In this document: positions 1-10,972 of the stretch, piece by piece
Numbering within the stretch: the stretch's first letter is position 1
How the letters are laid out: the number at the start of each line of letters is the position of its first letter
Assembly: GCA_965215005.1 (NCBI GenBank)
Contig: CBDCCZ010000054.1
Location: 224,001 to 288,000, forward strand
From: Kofleriaceae bacterium
GTDB lineage: Bacteria > Myxococcota_A > Polyangia > Haliangiales > Haliangiaceae
Direction of reading: 5' to 3'
DNA length: 64,000 nt
The notes under the pieces: generated by a model
What the model saw: only the letters and a program-made list of their open reading frames with translations
Databases searched by the model: none
What the model was told of the DNA's origin: nothing
Position numbers and translations under genes: made by a program

Positions 1-24
1 CTGCTAACGGTGGTGTGACGCGAT

Positions 25-93
25 GCGCCAGGCGCAGCGATGGTTGGAGAGTTGCGCCATGGCGGCTATGTTCGGGCCGTGTCGGCGGATGAT
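25..93 (+). repeat. 69-bp direct repeat, copy 1 (identical to 1636..1704)
   Basis: gcgccaggcgcagcgatggttggagag...gtgtcggcggatgat occurs at 25..93 and at 1636..1704. Confidence 0.95.
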
Positions 94-101
94 ATCGCTC
101 T

Positions 102-182
102 GCGAGAGTGGCCGAACTGGTAGACGTGCTGGATTTAGGTTCCAGTGTCGAAAGACGTAGGGGTTCGAGTCCCTCTCTCGCA
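102..182 (+). tRNA. tRNA-Leu(TAG), slightly imperfect
   Basis: Acceptor stem GCGAGAG/CTCTCGC+A, D-loop AACTGGTAGA, anticodon arm CTGGA-TTTAGGT-TCCAG, long variable arm GTC-GAAA-GAC, T-loop TTCGAGT. The T-stem 3' strand is one C short, the D-stem has a mismatch and no CCA is encoded. Confidence 0.88.
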
Positions 183-572
183 CTAGAGTAACACGATCGA
201 GAAATCGGCGAACCGCGTTCGCGGAACGTTTGCGGAACGATTTGTCACTTCCGACCTCCGCTGATGACCCGGAGGAGCTGCTTCGCCCGCGCGCGCTTCG
301 CCGTTCCGGCGTCGGTGTAATGCCGCTTGATCGTCCAGCGGGCGAACGCGCCCCAGGGCCAACCAGAGCGAACTTGTCCAGTAGCTCGTCGTCGGGGTTC
401 GCTCGATCGGGATCGCCCACAACGATGATGTTCTCCCGTAAGCCAAGTCGTGACCAGACCCGAGATCACGGGACCGGACCCCAGGGTGGAATCGGATTGA
501 GCGGGTACATGGGGCTACCATCTACAGGCTGTTCCCACGTCATATGACGGAAGCGGGGGGGCGATCGACGGT

Positions 573-1478
573 TCAGTTGCCCCACCCGGGCACGCCGTTC
601 TTGGTGAGGACGCCCTGAAGACGGAACGCCGCGGATGACCAAGCCGTGAGGAACTGCTCGAAGCTCGCCGCGATCGGAACCGGCTGCTCGCGCCTACCGA
701 TCCACACGACCTCGGGGTCGGCAGCATCGGTGATCCGCAGCGCCACCACTCCACTGTCGGCGATCTCACCGAACACGAATAGCTGATCGTCGTACGAGTC
801 CCAGAGTTGCCAGTGGTCACCATAGTCGTTCACGGGCCAGATGGACGGTTCGGTCAGGTCGCGCGCACCAATCGTCTGAAAGCGCGGCGCATCGGTCGGG
901 TAGGATGCAACGACGACGCCGTTGCAGACCGACCAGAACGCCACGAGTGTCTTGGGCAACTGGTGCTCGGTGTGCTCGACGAACTCCGCGGCGATCTCTG
1001 TAAGCTGCTCGGGCGCCGGCTCGCCGATCTCGACGCACACGAGTTCGTCGTCGTCTCCAAGGGCCAGTGGGACCGCCTTCCATGCAGTCGTCAGCGCGTC
1101 TACATCGCGGAGATTCGCCAGGACTCGATCCGCAATTGCTTGCTCGCGCTCGCCGAACTCAGGGGCGGGCGGCTGGGTCAGGCGCACACCGTGGCGCACG
1201 GCGATCGTCTCAAAGGTTTGCTTGCCTTCGTCGCCGAAGTCCGCGATGAGACGGGTCTGCCAGGTCGTCAATGCCTGGCGGGCGAGGGCGGCTAGCTCTG
1301 CTTGTCCCTCGATGTTCTCGGCGCCGACAGTCATCCCGAAGATTGAAGCTCCTCCATTCTCTAGGGCAACGACGGCACCGGCGAGTGCCGAAACGTTGAC
1401 GCCGATATCGACCAATGGCCCGTCGGTGGAAGGAGAGGCAGCACTGATCTGAGCACGGATCCATTCGCTCTTTCGCAT
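573..1478 (-). CDS. SMI1/KNR4 (SUKH superfamily) domain protein
   Basis: C-terminal region EQLTEIAAEF...LPKTLVAFWSVCNG...FVFGE...VVWI...PIAASFEQFL fits the SUKH pattern; start placed at ATG 1478. Confidence 0.7.
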   Translation of the reverse strand: MRKSEWIRAQISAASPSTDGPLVDIGVNVSALAGAVVALENGGASIFGMTVGAENIEGQAELAALARQALTTWQTRLIADFGDEGKQTFETIAVRHGVRLTQPPAPEFGEREQAIADRVLANLRDVDALTTAWKAVPLALGDDDELVCVEIGEPAPEQLTEIAAEFVEHTEHQLPKTLVAFWSVCNGVVVASYPTDAPRFQTIGARDLTEPSIWPVNDYGDHWQLWDSYDDQLFVFGEIADSGVVALRITDAADPEVVWIGRREQPVPIAASFEQFLTAWSSAAFRLQGVLTKNGVPGWGN

Positions 1479-1587
1479 GGGAGCGCAGCCTAACCGTTGT
1501 TCCGCGGCCGATGAAGGATTCACGCACCTTGCCGCGTCGCGGAACGTCATGGGTTGAGAACCTCGGGAGATTCCTCGTGGGCGCGGA

Positions 1588-1641
1588 ATTTAGGTTCCAG
1601 TGTCGAAAGACGTGGGAGTTCGAGTCTCCCCTCTCGCGCCA
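1588..1641 (+). repeat. Displaced 3' half of tRNA-Leu(TAG), att-like site
   Basis: ATTTAGGTTCCAGTGTCGAAAGACGT-GGGAG-TTCGAGT-CTCCC-CTCTCGC-G-CCA: intact T-arm and 3' acceptor strand, no 5' half. Confidence 0.85.
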
Positions 1642-1704
1642 GGCGCAGCGATGGTTGGAGAGTTGCGCCATGGCGGCTATGTTCGGGCCGTGTCGGCGGA
1701 TGAT
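1636..1704 (+). repeat. 69-bp direct repeat, copy 2; includes the likely start of the FdhF/YdeP gene
   Basis: Identical to 25..93. Confidence 0.95.
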
Positions 1705-3982
1705 GAAGCGAAGCTCGAGCGGCCCACGCGAGCGGCAGCCGAGGAAACCGAGCTCGAGCTCGAGCGGCCTGCGCGGGCGGCGGGTGGCCTCGGCGCTATC
1801 GGTGCAACCATGCGCCACTTGCGGCGGGAAACCGGGCTTTGGCGCGGCGGCCGCACGCTGCTTCGCATGAATCAATCCAGCGGTTTTGACTGCCCGGGCT
1901 GCGCGTGGCCAGAGCCCGAGCATCGCGCGGCGTTCGAGTTTTGCGAGAACGGCGCCAAGGCGATTGCCGAGGAAGCCACCCGCAAACGCGCCACCCCGGA
2001 GGTGTTCGCGGCGCATGACGTGCTCGCGCTGCGGTCGCTCAGTGACTTCGAGCTCGGCCAGCTCGGCCGACTCACCGAGCCGCTCGTGTGCAACAGCGGC
2101 GAGCCGCGGCACTATCGCCCAATCAGCTGGGAAGCCGCGTTTGCGCTCATTGGCGACGAGTTGCGCGCCATGCAGTCTCCGGATGAAGCGGTGCTCTATA
2201 CCTCGGGGCGCACCTCGAACGAGGCGGCGTTCTTGTATCAGCTCTTTGGACGCAAGCTCGGAACCAACAACTTCCCCGATTGCTCCAACATGTGTCACGA
2301 GTCGAGCGGCGTCGGGCTCGGCGAGGTGATTGGCGTCGGCAAGGGAACCGTGACGCTCGCAGATTTCGAGCACGCGGATCTCATCTTCGTGATTGGCCAA
2401 AATCCTGGGACCAATCACCCACGCATGCTCTCCACCTTGCGGGAGGCGGCGCGCCGCGGCTGCCACATCATCAGCATCAATCCACTGCGCGAGCCGGGGC
2501 TCGAGCGTTTCACTCACCCGCAAAAGCTTGGCGACATGCTTACCGGCGGCACGCGACTCACCGATGAGCTGTTGCAGGTGCGGGTCGGCGGCGATGTGGC
2601 GCTGCTGGTGGGCATCATGAAAGCCGTCTTCGAAGCCGAGCAAGCAAGTCCGGGAGAGATTCTCGACCACGCCTTCATCGATGAGCACTGCACGGGACTT
2701 GCTGCGCTGCGCGAGGCGATTGTCGCTGAGCCGTGGGAGCGCATCGAAGTCGAGTCGGGGGTGAGCCGCGCCCAGCTCGTCGCCGCGGGGGCGGCGTACG
2801 TGCGCGCTGAGCGCGTTATCGCTTGCTGGGCGATGGAATCACGCAGCACGCCAACGGCGTGGCCAACGTACAGCAGATCGTCAACCTAATGCTGCTCCGC
2901 GGCAATCTCGCCGCCGCGGCGCCGGCCTGTGTCCGGTGCGAGGCCACAGCAATGTGCAGGGCGATCGCACCATGGGCATCCATCACCTGCCATCCGCTGA
3001 GTTTCTCGATCGGCTCGGAGCGCGGTTCAACTTCGAGCCGCCGCGCCAGCACGGAATGGACACCGTCGCCGCTATTTCCGCGATGTACGAAGGTCGCGTG
3101 AAGGTTTTCATCTCGATGGGCGGCAACTTCTATTCCGCAACCCCCGACACCGAAGCCGTCGCCGTGGGTCTTGGCCGCTGTCGCCTCACCGTGCACGTCT
3201 CCACCAAGCTCAACCGAGCGCATCTCTACCCCGGACAGTGCTCGCTGATCTTGCCGTGCCTTGGGCGCACCGAACGCGATGTACAAGCCGGGGGCGAGCA
3301 GTTCGTGACCGTCGAAGACTCCATGAGCATGGTGCATCGCTCGCAAGGCGCGTTGCCTGGGGCCAGTGAGCAGCTGCGCAGCGAGCCGGCCATTGTCGCA
3401 GGCATGGCGGCGGCCGCGTTGGGCGAAGATTGGTCAGAGCTCGCTGGAGATTACGACCGGGTGCGCGACGCCATCGCCGAGGTCGTGCCCGGCTTCGAGC
3501 AGTTCAACGAGCGCGTTAGAAGCGCTGCTGGCTTTCAGCTACCCAATCCCGCGCGCGAGCTCGATTTCACCGCCGTGGGTGGGCGCGCTCGCTTCACCGT
3601 GCACGCCATTCCCAACTTGACGCTGCCGGCCGATCGCTACCGGCTGATGACGTTGCGGAGTCACGACCAGTACAACACCACCATCTATGGGCTCGATGAT
3701 CGCTATCGCGGCGTGTTTGGTGGCCGGCGAGTGATCTTCTTGAATCCAGACGATCTCGAAGCGGCGGGACTGACCGCTCGCCAGCGCGTCGACATCATCA
3801 GCGAATACCACGGCCAGGAGCGACGGGTGCAAGGCTTCGCCGTGGTGCCATATGACCTGCCACGTGGCTGCGCAGGCGCCTATTTCCCCGAGGCAAACCC
3901 GCTGGTGCCGCTCGAGAGCGTTGCCGACAAGAGCGGAACGCCGACGTCCAAGTCAATCATCGTTCGCTTGCAGCCGAGCTGA
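1690..3982 (+). CDS. FdhF/YdeP family molybdopterin oxidoreductase (two apparent frameshifts near 2835 and 2910)
   Basis: GFDCPGCAWP, EFCENGAKA, YTSGRTSNEAAFLYQ, PDCSNMCHESSG, RGHSNVQGDRTMG and TLRSHDQYNTTIYG are spread over three consecutive frames. Confidence 0.9.
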
Positions 3983-4076
3983 GCTTCGGTGGCGGAAGCT
4001 TGGGCGTCGAGGCAACTGCGAATCTACGCACCGCAGGCAACGCTGTGAGTCTCTCTAGGCTCGAACTGATCGAGTG

Positions 4077-5258
4077 TTAGAACTCGATCTTCACGCCCGC
4101 GCTCACCGACTGCGGTCCGATTGCTGGGAGAAATTGAACCGTTGGGCTTTGCGCTCGCTCGCGACTCGCCGACCGCTCGTCACTGCCGCTGTCGCTGGCA
4201 ATGTATCCGCTGTAATAAAAGAACGTCGCTGCGAGCGCACTCACGATCGTGGCACCCGCCAACACCGTCGTGAGCTTGGCGCGGGACTGGCCCTTTTCGC
4301 AGGCATCCACCACCGCGGTAACGCCCGGCGAGGCCGCGAGCCTCTCGGCATCACTGCAAGCATCATCGCCAGAGAGCGTGATGCCTTCATTCCTTTCCAG
4401 CGCGGTGAGGGCGTCGAGTTTGTCATCTTCCAAGCTGCCACGGACCTGCAAACCGGTGATGGTCATCGCCGTCGCACTGGCGCCGGTGGCGACCAGCGAG
4501 GTCCAAAACAGCACCCGAGAGACCCCGCCGGGCCGCTCTCTCGACGTTGCAATCGTCTCACTAACGATGGGTTGCAATCGAACCGCGAGCTCGCGGGTCT
4601 CGCTGCCGCTCACCGCGACATTGCCCTCATGCGCCTCGAAGCCTGCGGACTCGATGCGAATCGCGTGCTGCCCCTCGGCGACTCCTGTGATACGAGCCGA
4701 GCCGGCGCTGAGCGTGGTGGCGACGCGGCCATCGAGGTACACGGTGCCGCGCTCGACATTGGCATGCACGACCACCACGCCTTGCTCGGGAACTCCAGTG
4801 AGACGGTTGTACATCGTGCGTCCCCAGTCGCCGAGATCAGCGCCAATCGGCACGATGTCGGTCGTGGTTCGCTCCATCTCCTCCGTCGTTGCATTCAAGA
4901 GCTTGAGCGACACCTGATAGCCATCGGCCAGTTTTTCGACCTTGCCATAGAGCAGGCGCTCGGCACCGAGCTCGCGGCCGATCTCCGCCATGCAGCCACG
5001 CCCCTCGTCGGCGCAGCTCGACAAGAGCTTCATCTCGAGCAGGTCCTTATCGCTGTTGGGCGCCAGTGCATAGGCGCCGGCCGAGAGCGCTGCTTGCTGG
5101 CGAAGCGCTTCCGTGAGCGATTGTGCAAACGACGTCGCCTGCTCATTGACCTCGCCGCTCTCGTCAATCACCTCCAGGCCCAGCACGGCGATGGCCGGCT
5201 TGGCCTCGGCGGCGCGCGCAAGACTTGCGACCAGCAGCAAACACAGCAGCGACGTCAT
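4077..5258 (-). CDS. PEGA domain-containing exported protein
   Basis: Signal peptide, PEGA-like VVVHANVERGTVYLDG...GQHAIRIESAGF, C-terminal hydrophobic helices and terminal ...GVKIEF; start uncertain. Confidence 0.75.
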   Translation of the reverse strand: MTSLLCLLLVASLARAAEAKPAIAVLGLEVIDESGEVNEQATSFAQSLTEALRQQAALSAGAYALAPNSDKDLLEMKLLSSCADEGRGCMAEIGRELGAERLLYGKVEKLADGYQVSLKLLNATTEEMERTTTDIVPIGADLGDWGRTMYNRLTGVPEQGVVVVHANVERGTVYLDGRVATTLSAGSARITGVAEGQHAIRIESAGFEAHEGNVAVSGSETRELAVRLQPIVSETIATSRERPGGVSRVLFWTSLVATGASATAMTITGLQVRGSLEDDKLDALTALERNEGITLSGDDACSDAERLAASPGVTAVVDACEKGQSRAKLTTVLAGATIVSALAATFFYYSGYIASDSGSDERSASRERAQSPTVQFLPAIGPQSVSAGVKIEF

Positions 5259-5585
5259 CGATGCAAGGCCGCGACGGGCGCGCGATACAAAACCGCGACG
5301 GGCGCGGCAGGTGCACGAACGCAGTCTCATCGGTAATATGCTCCACCACCGGGGCCAGCGGCGCCTTCGGCCCTGACGACGTGACATGGAGTTCGCCGCT
5401 CCAGAAGCGGCATCGCGCTCTGTTCGAGACGCTTTGTGAGCAGGTCCATCGTCTCTCCAACCACTGCAGAAGTTGGCATTATACACACGTCGAGCGCGGC
5501 ACCGGGCGGCGCGCCCGCTCTCGTTGCGCCACCGTGATCCACGCTTCGGGTCCACTTCGCACGCTGGTGCGCTAGCCTGCTGAGG

Positions 5586-7146
5586 ATGCGGGTTCCCCTC
5601 CTGCGCACATTGTCGGGCCGGATCGTGTTGGGTTTCACGATCTTGGTGGCCACGTTCTGCGCGGTTTCCGTGCTCACGGTCCTCAACATGGAGGTCCTCG
5701 CGCGCGACATCCGCGTGATTCGCAAGGGGTATCTCCAGCTGGCGCTAAAGACCCAGCAGCTCTTGCATCAAGAGCGGCTGTTGCGCACGTACTTGCTCGA
5801 AGAACTCACCGCCGAATCTTCTCCGCGGCGCGTCGAGCACAAGGTGCTCCGCCTCAAGGCGGCGCGCAGCAACACCATGCGCGAGATCGAAGGAGTGCTC
5901 GCGGAGGTGCGAGCGCTGCCGGTATCGTCACCGGCGATGGCCAAGGAGCGCGAGCAGCTCGGCTATCAGCTCGATCGATTGCGCGCCGACATGCTCGCGG
6001 AGGAAGCGCTGTTCAAAGAGCTGCGCCGGCGCCCACCGGTGAAGAAACTCGAGACCACCGCCCCCGCCGATTATCAGCGCGCGATGAGAAAACCTCGAGC
6101 AGCTGCGAGCCGCCGAGGCGCTCATCGAAAGCGTCATCTTCGGCCTCGAGAGACAGCAACGCGAGCGCGTCGAGCACACCGCGAGCACGCTGGAAGACAG
6201 CGGGCGGCGGTTGCGCTTGCTCACCACCTATCTCGGGCTCACGGCCACGGTGCTGGCGCTGATGGTCACCGTGTGGGCGACACTGACCTTGCGGCCGCTG
6301 CGGCGCTTGCGGGCAGCGGCGCGCAACATCGCGCGCGGCGACTATGCCAGCCGGATCGACGAGCGTGGCCCCGACGAGGTCGCCGATCTCGCGCGCGAGT
6401 TCAACATCATGGGCCGCGCCGTGGAAGAGCGCGAGCGCGAGCTGGTGCGGTCGGAACGGCTGGTGGCGGTGGGGAAGATGGCGGCGATGATCACTCACGA
6501 AATTCGCAATCCGCTGTCCTCGATTGGTCTCAACACCGAGCTGCTTGAAGAGGAGCTCACCCAGCTTCCCGCCGACCGAGTAGACGAGGCGCAGTCGCTC
6601 TGCCGCAGCATTCAGACCGAGGTCGATCGACTCACGGCGATCACCGAGGAGTATCTGCAGTTCGCCCGTTTGCCCAAGCCCAAGCTTGCGCTCGAGTCGG
6701 TGCCCGCGATCGTGCGAAGTCTGATCGATTTCGAGCGCGACAATCTCGCCATGCGGGGCGTGAGCGTCACCACGGAGCTCGAGGAGTCAGTTCCGCGGGT
6801 CTTAGTTGATGAGAACCAGCTGCGCCAAGCGCTGCTAAACCTCTTGCGCAATGCCGCTGACGCGCTCGATGAGGTAGGCGGTGGACACGTCCGCATCGCC
6901 GTCCGCCGTGGCGGCGACAGCGTCGAAGTTCTTATCGCCGATGATGGTCCAGGCGTGGGTGAAGAGCTGGTCGCTCAGCTATTTGAACCCTTCTTTTCGA
7001 CCAAAGACGGGGGCACCGGGCTCGGCTTAGCGCTCACGCAGCAAATCAGTCGCGAGCACGGCGGCGACATCAAGGTTGCCTCGCAGCCGGGGCACGGTGC
7101 CAGCTTCGTGCTGTCGTTGCCGGTGCCCAGAGCTGCCAGCGGATGA
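5586..7146 (+). CDS. HAMP-domain sensor histidine kinase (apparent frameshift near 6090)
   Basis: N-terminal TM, HAMP (PDEVADLAREFNIM), H-box ITHEIRNPL, N-box NLLRNA, G boxes DDGPG and GTGLGL; extra A in the run at 6089..6092. Confidence 0.9.
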
Positions 7147-7161
7147 TGCCGCGTACGCGCC

Positions 7162-7389
7162 TTACAGGGTGTCGTCGTCTTCGTCGAAGGTGCCCTCGGG
7201 CACGACCGTGTCATCGTCGTCGGCGCCCAGTGGTGGATCGAGAGTGTCGTCGGTGACCGGCCCCTCCGGCGCTTCGTCAGCTGCTTCCATAGCTTCTGAT
7301 TGCGGCTCTTCGGGGGCGTTGGCTTCCTTGGATGAGCCCCCACAAGCAGCGGTTAGCGATGCGATCAGCACGAGAGAGCGAAGCTTCAT
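7162..7389 (-). CDS. Small acidic lipoprotein
   Basis: MKLRSLVLIASLTAAC lipobox followed by a D/E-rich tail. Confidence 0.7.
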   Translation of the reverse strand: MKLRSLVLIASLTAACGGSSKEANAPEEPQSEAMEAADEAPEGPVTDDTLDPPLGADDDDTVVPEGTFDEDDDTL

Positions 7390-7456
7390 GGGCTGATGGT
7401 TGACGAGCGCGAGGCGCCTTGCAAGGCCACGAGCCAGCTTTAGCGGCGGGAATTCC

Positions 7457-10273
7457 TCAGCGCAACTGCGCTTGCAGCGCGAGGGCCTCGGCGTTGGTGG
7501 GCTCGGCCGCGAGCGCCTTCTCGAGCGCAAGCTTCGCGGCTTTGCGGTCGCCCTTGGCGCTCAGGGCTTTGGCCCGACCCACGTGGGCGAGCGCCGGCCG
7601 GCGCAGCGGCGGCCGCACCATCAGAGCGCTCTCGAAGCTAAACAGCGCCTTATCCGCGACACCGGTCTCGAGATAGGCGCGGCCGAGGTTCATCAAGAGG
7701 TCGCTATCCGAGGGATTGATGAGCACGCTCATTTCCCCGTAAGTGCGCACTTTGCGCCAGTTGTTCTGCTTGGCGTAGGCGGCTACGAGGATGTTTAGCG
7801 GCTCCACTTGCATCTGCTCGAGCATCACATACGTCTCGAGCTCGACGAGGGCCTCGGCGAGCTGTCCACGCTTCTTGTAGAGCTGAAACAGCTCCATATA
7901 TGGATAGCTGCGCTCGGGGTCGAGCGCTTTGGCGGCGCACAGCTGGCGGATGGCTTCGTCGAATTTGCCTTCCGCGCGGGCAATGGTGGCTAGTCGGGCG
8001 CGGACGTCGAAGCTATCGGCGCCGAGCTCGATCATGCGCTGGTAGTGGCGCCGCGCACCAGCCGCATCGCGCTGACGAAATGCCAACTCACCGCTGATAT
8101 AAAGCGCCAGCGGCTGCGTAGAGTCGAGCTTCAGGGCTTTATCGGCGGCTGCTTGTGCGGGCATCGCATCACCATTGAAGAAGTGCCCCAGGGCGAGCGC
8201 TGCGTGCGCGCCGGCATCTTTGGGGCGAGACGCGACCTCGACTTCGAGCTTGGCGATATCGTCATACCCTTCGCTGGGCACGTGGAACGTGCCGCGATAC
8301 GGTGCCAGCCGTTGGGTCAAGTAGGCCTGGAACGCCTGATCAAACTCCTTCACGGTCATTCCGGTCATCGCGGTCAACACCGCTGCCGTGTCTTTGCCTT
8401 GCCCATACAGTCGTAGGCCCGCGATGATTTGGTCGAAGCCGAAGTGATCGGCGATGTACTCGATCGTCACAGCGGATAAGTAGTAGGCCACCATCACCTG
8501 CTGCATGTTCGGTTTGACGAAGAACTCGTTGATGTCGGCCACCGAGGGCAAGCTGCCATCCGCCAATGCCGCGTACAGATCCGCGTCGTTTTCACGGCGC
8601 CACTCGGGACGCGCGATGAGCGTCTCGTACTCACTGAGCCCTTCGGTGAACCAGCGCGGCACCCGTGAGTTCGAGAGTTGCAACGCAAATACGTGCGAGA
8701 GCTCGTGCCACAAGACCATCCCCCAGTTGATGTTGCCGTTGGAAGGGCTCATTGCAGTGACCACTTGCCCAAAGCAGACGCCGAGCGCTCCGAGGTTGGG
8801 AAGACCGACGGTGCGAACACTGTAATGCTCGGGATCGGCGAACAGCTCGAGCACCACGGGGGTTTTAGGCTCGAATCCGTAGCGGGCGACCATCTGCGCA
8901 AAGGCGTCCTCCACGAGCGGCGCGATGTAGCGGTGGAGGATTTCCTGCTCGTCATTGGGATAGCGAAAGCGAAACTTCTTGCCCTCGACGAACCCGTAGT
9001 TCTTGGGAATCGTGTCATCGAACAGGTTCAACACGTTGAACGTGCGCATGTTGTATTGGTCGCCGGCCCAGGACTTCTCGAGCCACGAAAGACCTTCCTT
9101 CTCCCGCCCGAGGCGCAAATAGCCGGTTCCCATCGCCTCCATCGCCTCGAAGTAGTCCGGATCGAGCTGCACGGCCTGCTCTTCGAGAGCGATGGCTTCT
9201 TCGTAGCGGTGCTCGCGTACCGCCGAGCGCGCTACTAGATGATAGAGCGCGGCGTAGTGGGGGTTGATCGCAAACACGCGCTTCTTGGCAGCCTCGTAGC
9301 CGGTGCGGTCATCGCGCAGCCAGTGGATGGTGGCGATGAGGGAGAGCGCCTCGAGGTGCTGCGGATTGATGGCCAAGACCTTCTCGAGCGTCTCATTGGC
9401 GCTGTCCCACTTGTTTTGATCGATCTGTAGGCTCGCGCGGGTGAGCAGCGAAGGGACGTGCTTGGGATTGACCGCCAGCGCTTCATCGAGATGATGAAGC
9501 GCCGCGGCAACGTCATAGCTCGCCTCCAGCTTGGCCAACGCCATGCCGTTGTGAGCGTCGGGGTGATAGCCGTCGCTGCGCAAGACGTCGTCGAAGCTCT
9601 GCGAGGCCATCGCAGGGTTGTACTTGGACAGCGCAAGACTCCCCCATTCGATGTTGGCGCGGTGAAACAGCCGATCGATCGTCACGGCTTCCTCGTACGC
9701 TTGGCTGGCGAGCTGAAAGTGCGAGAGTTGCCGAGCGGCACTGGCCAATCGATAGAGATCTTCGGGCTGATCGAGATCGAGCTGCCCGGCGTCATACGCG
9801 TCGATGGTGAGCTGAAACAGTCGATCGGCATCGGCGTCACGACCGAGCACGCGGTAAACCCGCGCCAGAGCGTGCCGTAGATCGGTGTCGCCCGCTGCCT
9901 TGGTCACCATGGGCTCGAGCAATCGGCGGGCTTCGTCGTAGCGCCCCAATTGCAGCAGCAGGTCAGACAGCGCCACGGCAGCTGCCCGGGCTACCTCTGC
10001 CGTGCTGCTGGTCAAAAGCCCCCGCGCCTCTTTCTCCGCCGCGGCGTACTCGCCCACCCGCGCCAGCACCTCGACGAGTAGTAGCCGCGCCGACTCGCGA
10101 TCTTTGCCGGTCACCGAAGAGAGCTCGCCGCGCGCGTTCTTGTAATCGCCGCGCAGAAGCTTTTTTCGTCCCGTGTCGAGATCGGCTGCTCCTGCGACGG
10201 AGCTGTAGAGGGACAGCGTGGCAGCCACGACCACCAGCGCTTGGCCAACGCCGAAGCGCGAAGGGTTGCTCAT
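7457..10273 (-). CDS. Exported TPR-repeat protein with a central gluzincin (peptidase MA-like) domain
   Basis: 938-aa ORF with signal peptide, many TPR-like repeats and WHELSHVF...PRWFTEGLSEYE (HEXXH plus downstream E). Confidence 0.85.
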   Translation of the reverse strand: MSNPSRFGVGQALVVVAATLSLYSSVAGAADLDTGRKKLLRGDYKNARGELSSVTGKDRESARLLLVEVLARVGEYAAAEKEARGLLTSSTAEVARAAAVALSDLLLQLGRYDEARRLLEPMVTKAAGDTDLRHALARVYRVLGRDADADRLFQLTIDAYDAGQLDLDQPEDLYRLASAARQLSHFQLASQAYEEAVTIDRLFHRANIEWGSLALSKYNPAMASQSFDDVLRSDGYHPDAHNGMALAKLEASYDVAAALHHLDEALAVNPKHVPSLLTRASLQIDQNKWDSANETLEKVLAINPQHLEALSLIATIHWLRDDRTGYEAAKKRVFAINPHYAALYHLVARSAVREHRYEEAIALEEQAVQLDPDYFEAMEAMGTGYLRLGREKEGLSWLEKSWAGDQYNMRTFNVLNLFDDTIPKNYGFVEGKKFRFRYPNDEQEILHRYIAPLVEDAFAQMVARYGFEPKTPVVLELFADPEHYSVRTVGLPNLGALGVCFGQVVTAMSPSNGNINWGMVLWHELSHVFALQLSNSRVPRWFTEGLSEYETLIARPEWRRENDADLYAALADGSLPSVADINEFFVKPNMQQVMVAYYLSAVTIEYIADHFGFDQIIAGLRLYGQGKDTAAVLTAMTGMTVKEFDQAFQAYLTQRLAPYRGTFHVPSEGYDDIAKLEVEVASRPKDAGAHAALALGHFFNGDAMPAQAAADKALKLDSTQPLALYISGELAFRQRDAAGARRHYQRMIELGADSFDVRARLATIARAEGKFDEAIRQLCAAKALDPERSYPYMELFQLYKKRGQLAEALVELETYVMLEQMQVEPLNILVAAYAKQNNWRKVRTYGEMSVLINPSDSDLLMNLGRAYLETGVADKALFSFESALMVRPPLRRPALAHVGRAKALSAKGDRKAAKLALEKALAAEPTNAEALALQAQLR

Positions 10274-10371
10274 GTCTCGAATGTGTTCGAGAGCCTACAG
10301 CGTGTCAACGCACACAGGACCTGCGGCCGATTCTGCGACGATGGCCGCGCAGGTGCTACAATCGCCAGGTC

Positions 10372-10890
<519 letters not shown>

Positions 10891-10972
10891 GCGCGAGTCT
10901 AGTCGCCATGGCGGCGCAATTTCCCCTAGTTAGGTACAACTAACGAGAGGGGCCCGCTAGACTCGAGTTGCT

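Larger units (their letters stand above)
133..1641. mobile_element. Small or decayed genomic islet integrated at tRNA-Leu(TAG); no integrase present
   Basis: The tRNA 3' half is duplicated from the anticodon loop (ATTTAGGTTCCAGTGTCGAAAGACGT at 133..158 and 1588..1613). The motif TCGCGGAACGT lies just inside both ends. Confidence 0.7.

Noticed and set aside
183..547. Short ORFs in the left part of the islet (possible integrase or toxin remnant)
   Set aside because: No recognisable motif in any frame.
1210..2688. Long antisense ORFs (also 4074..5336 frame 2, 34044..34979, 61640..62698 and others)
   Set aside because: They are shadow ORFs of real genes in high-GC DNA.
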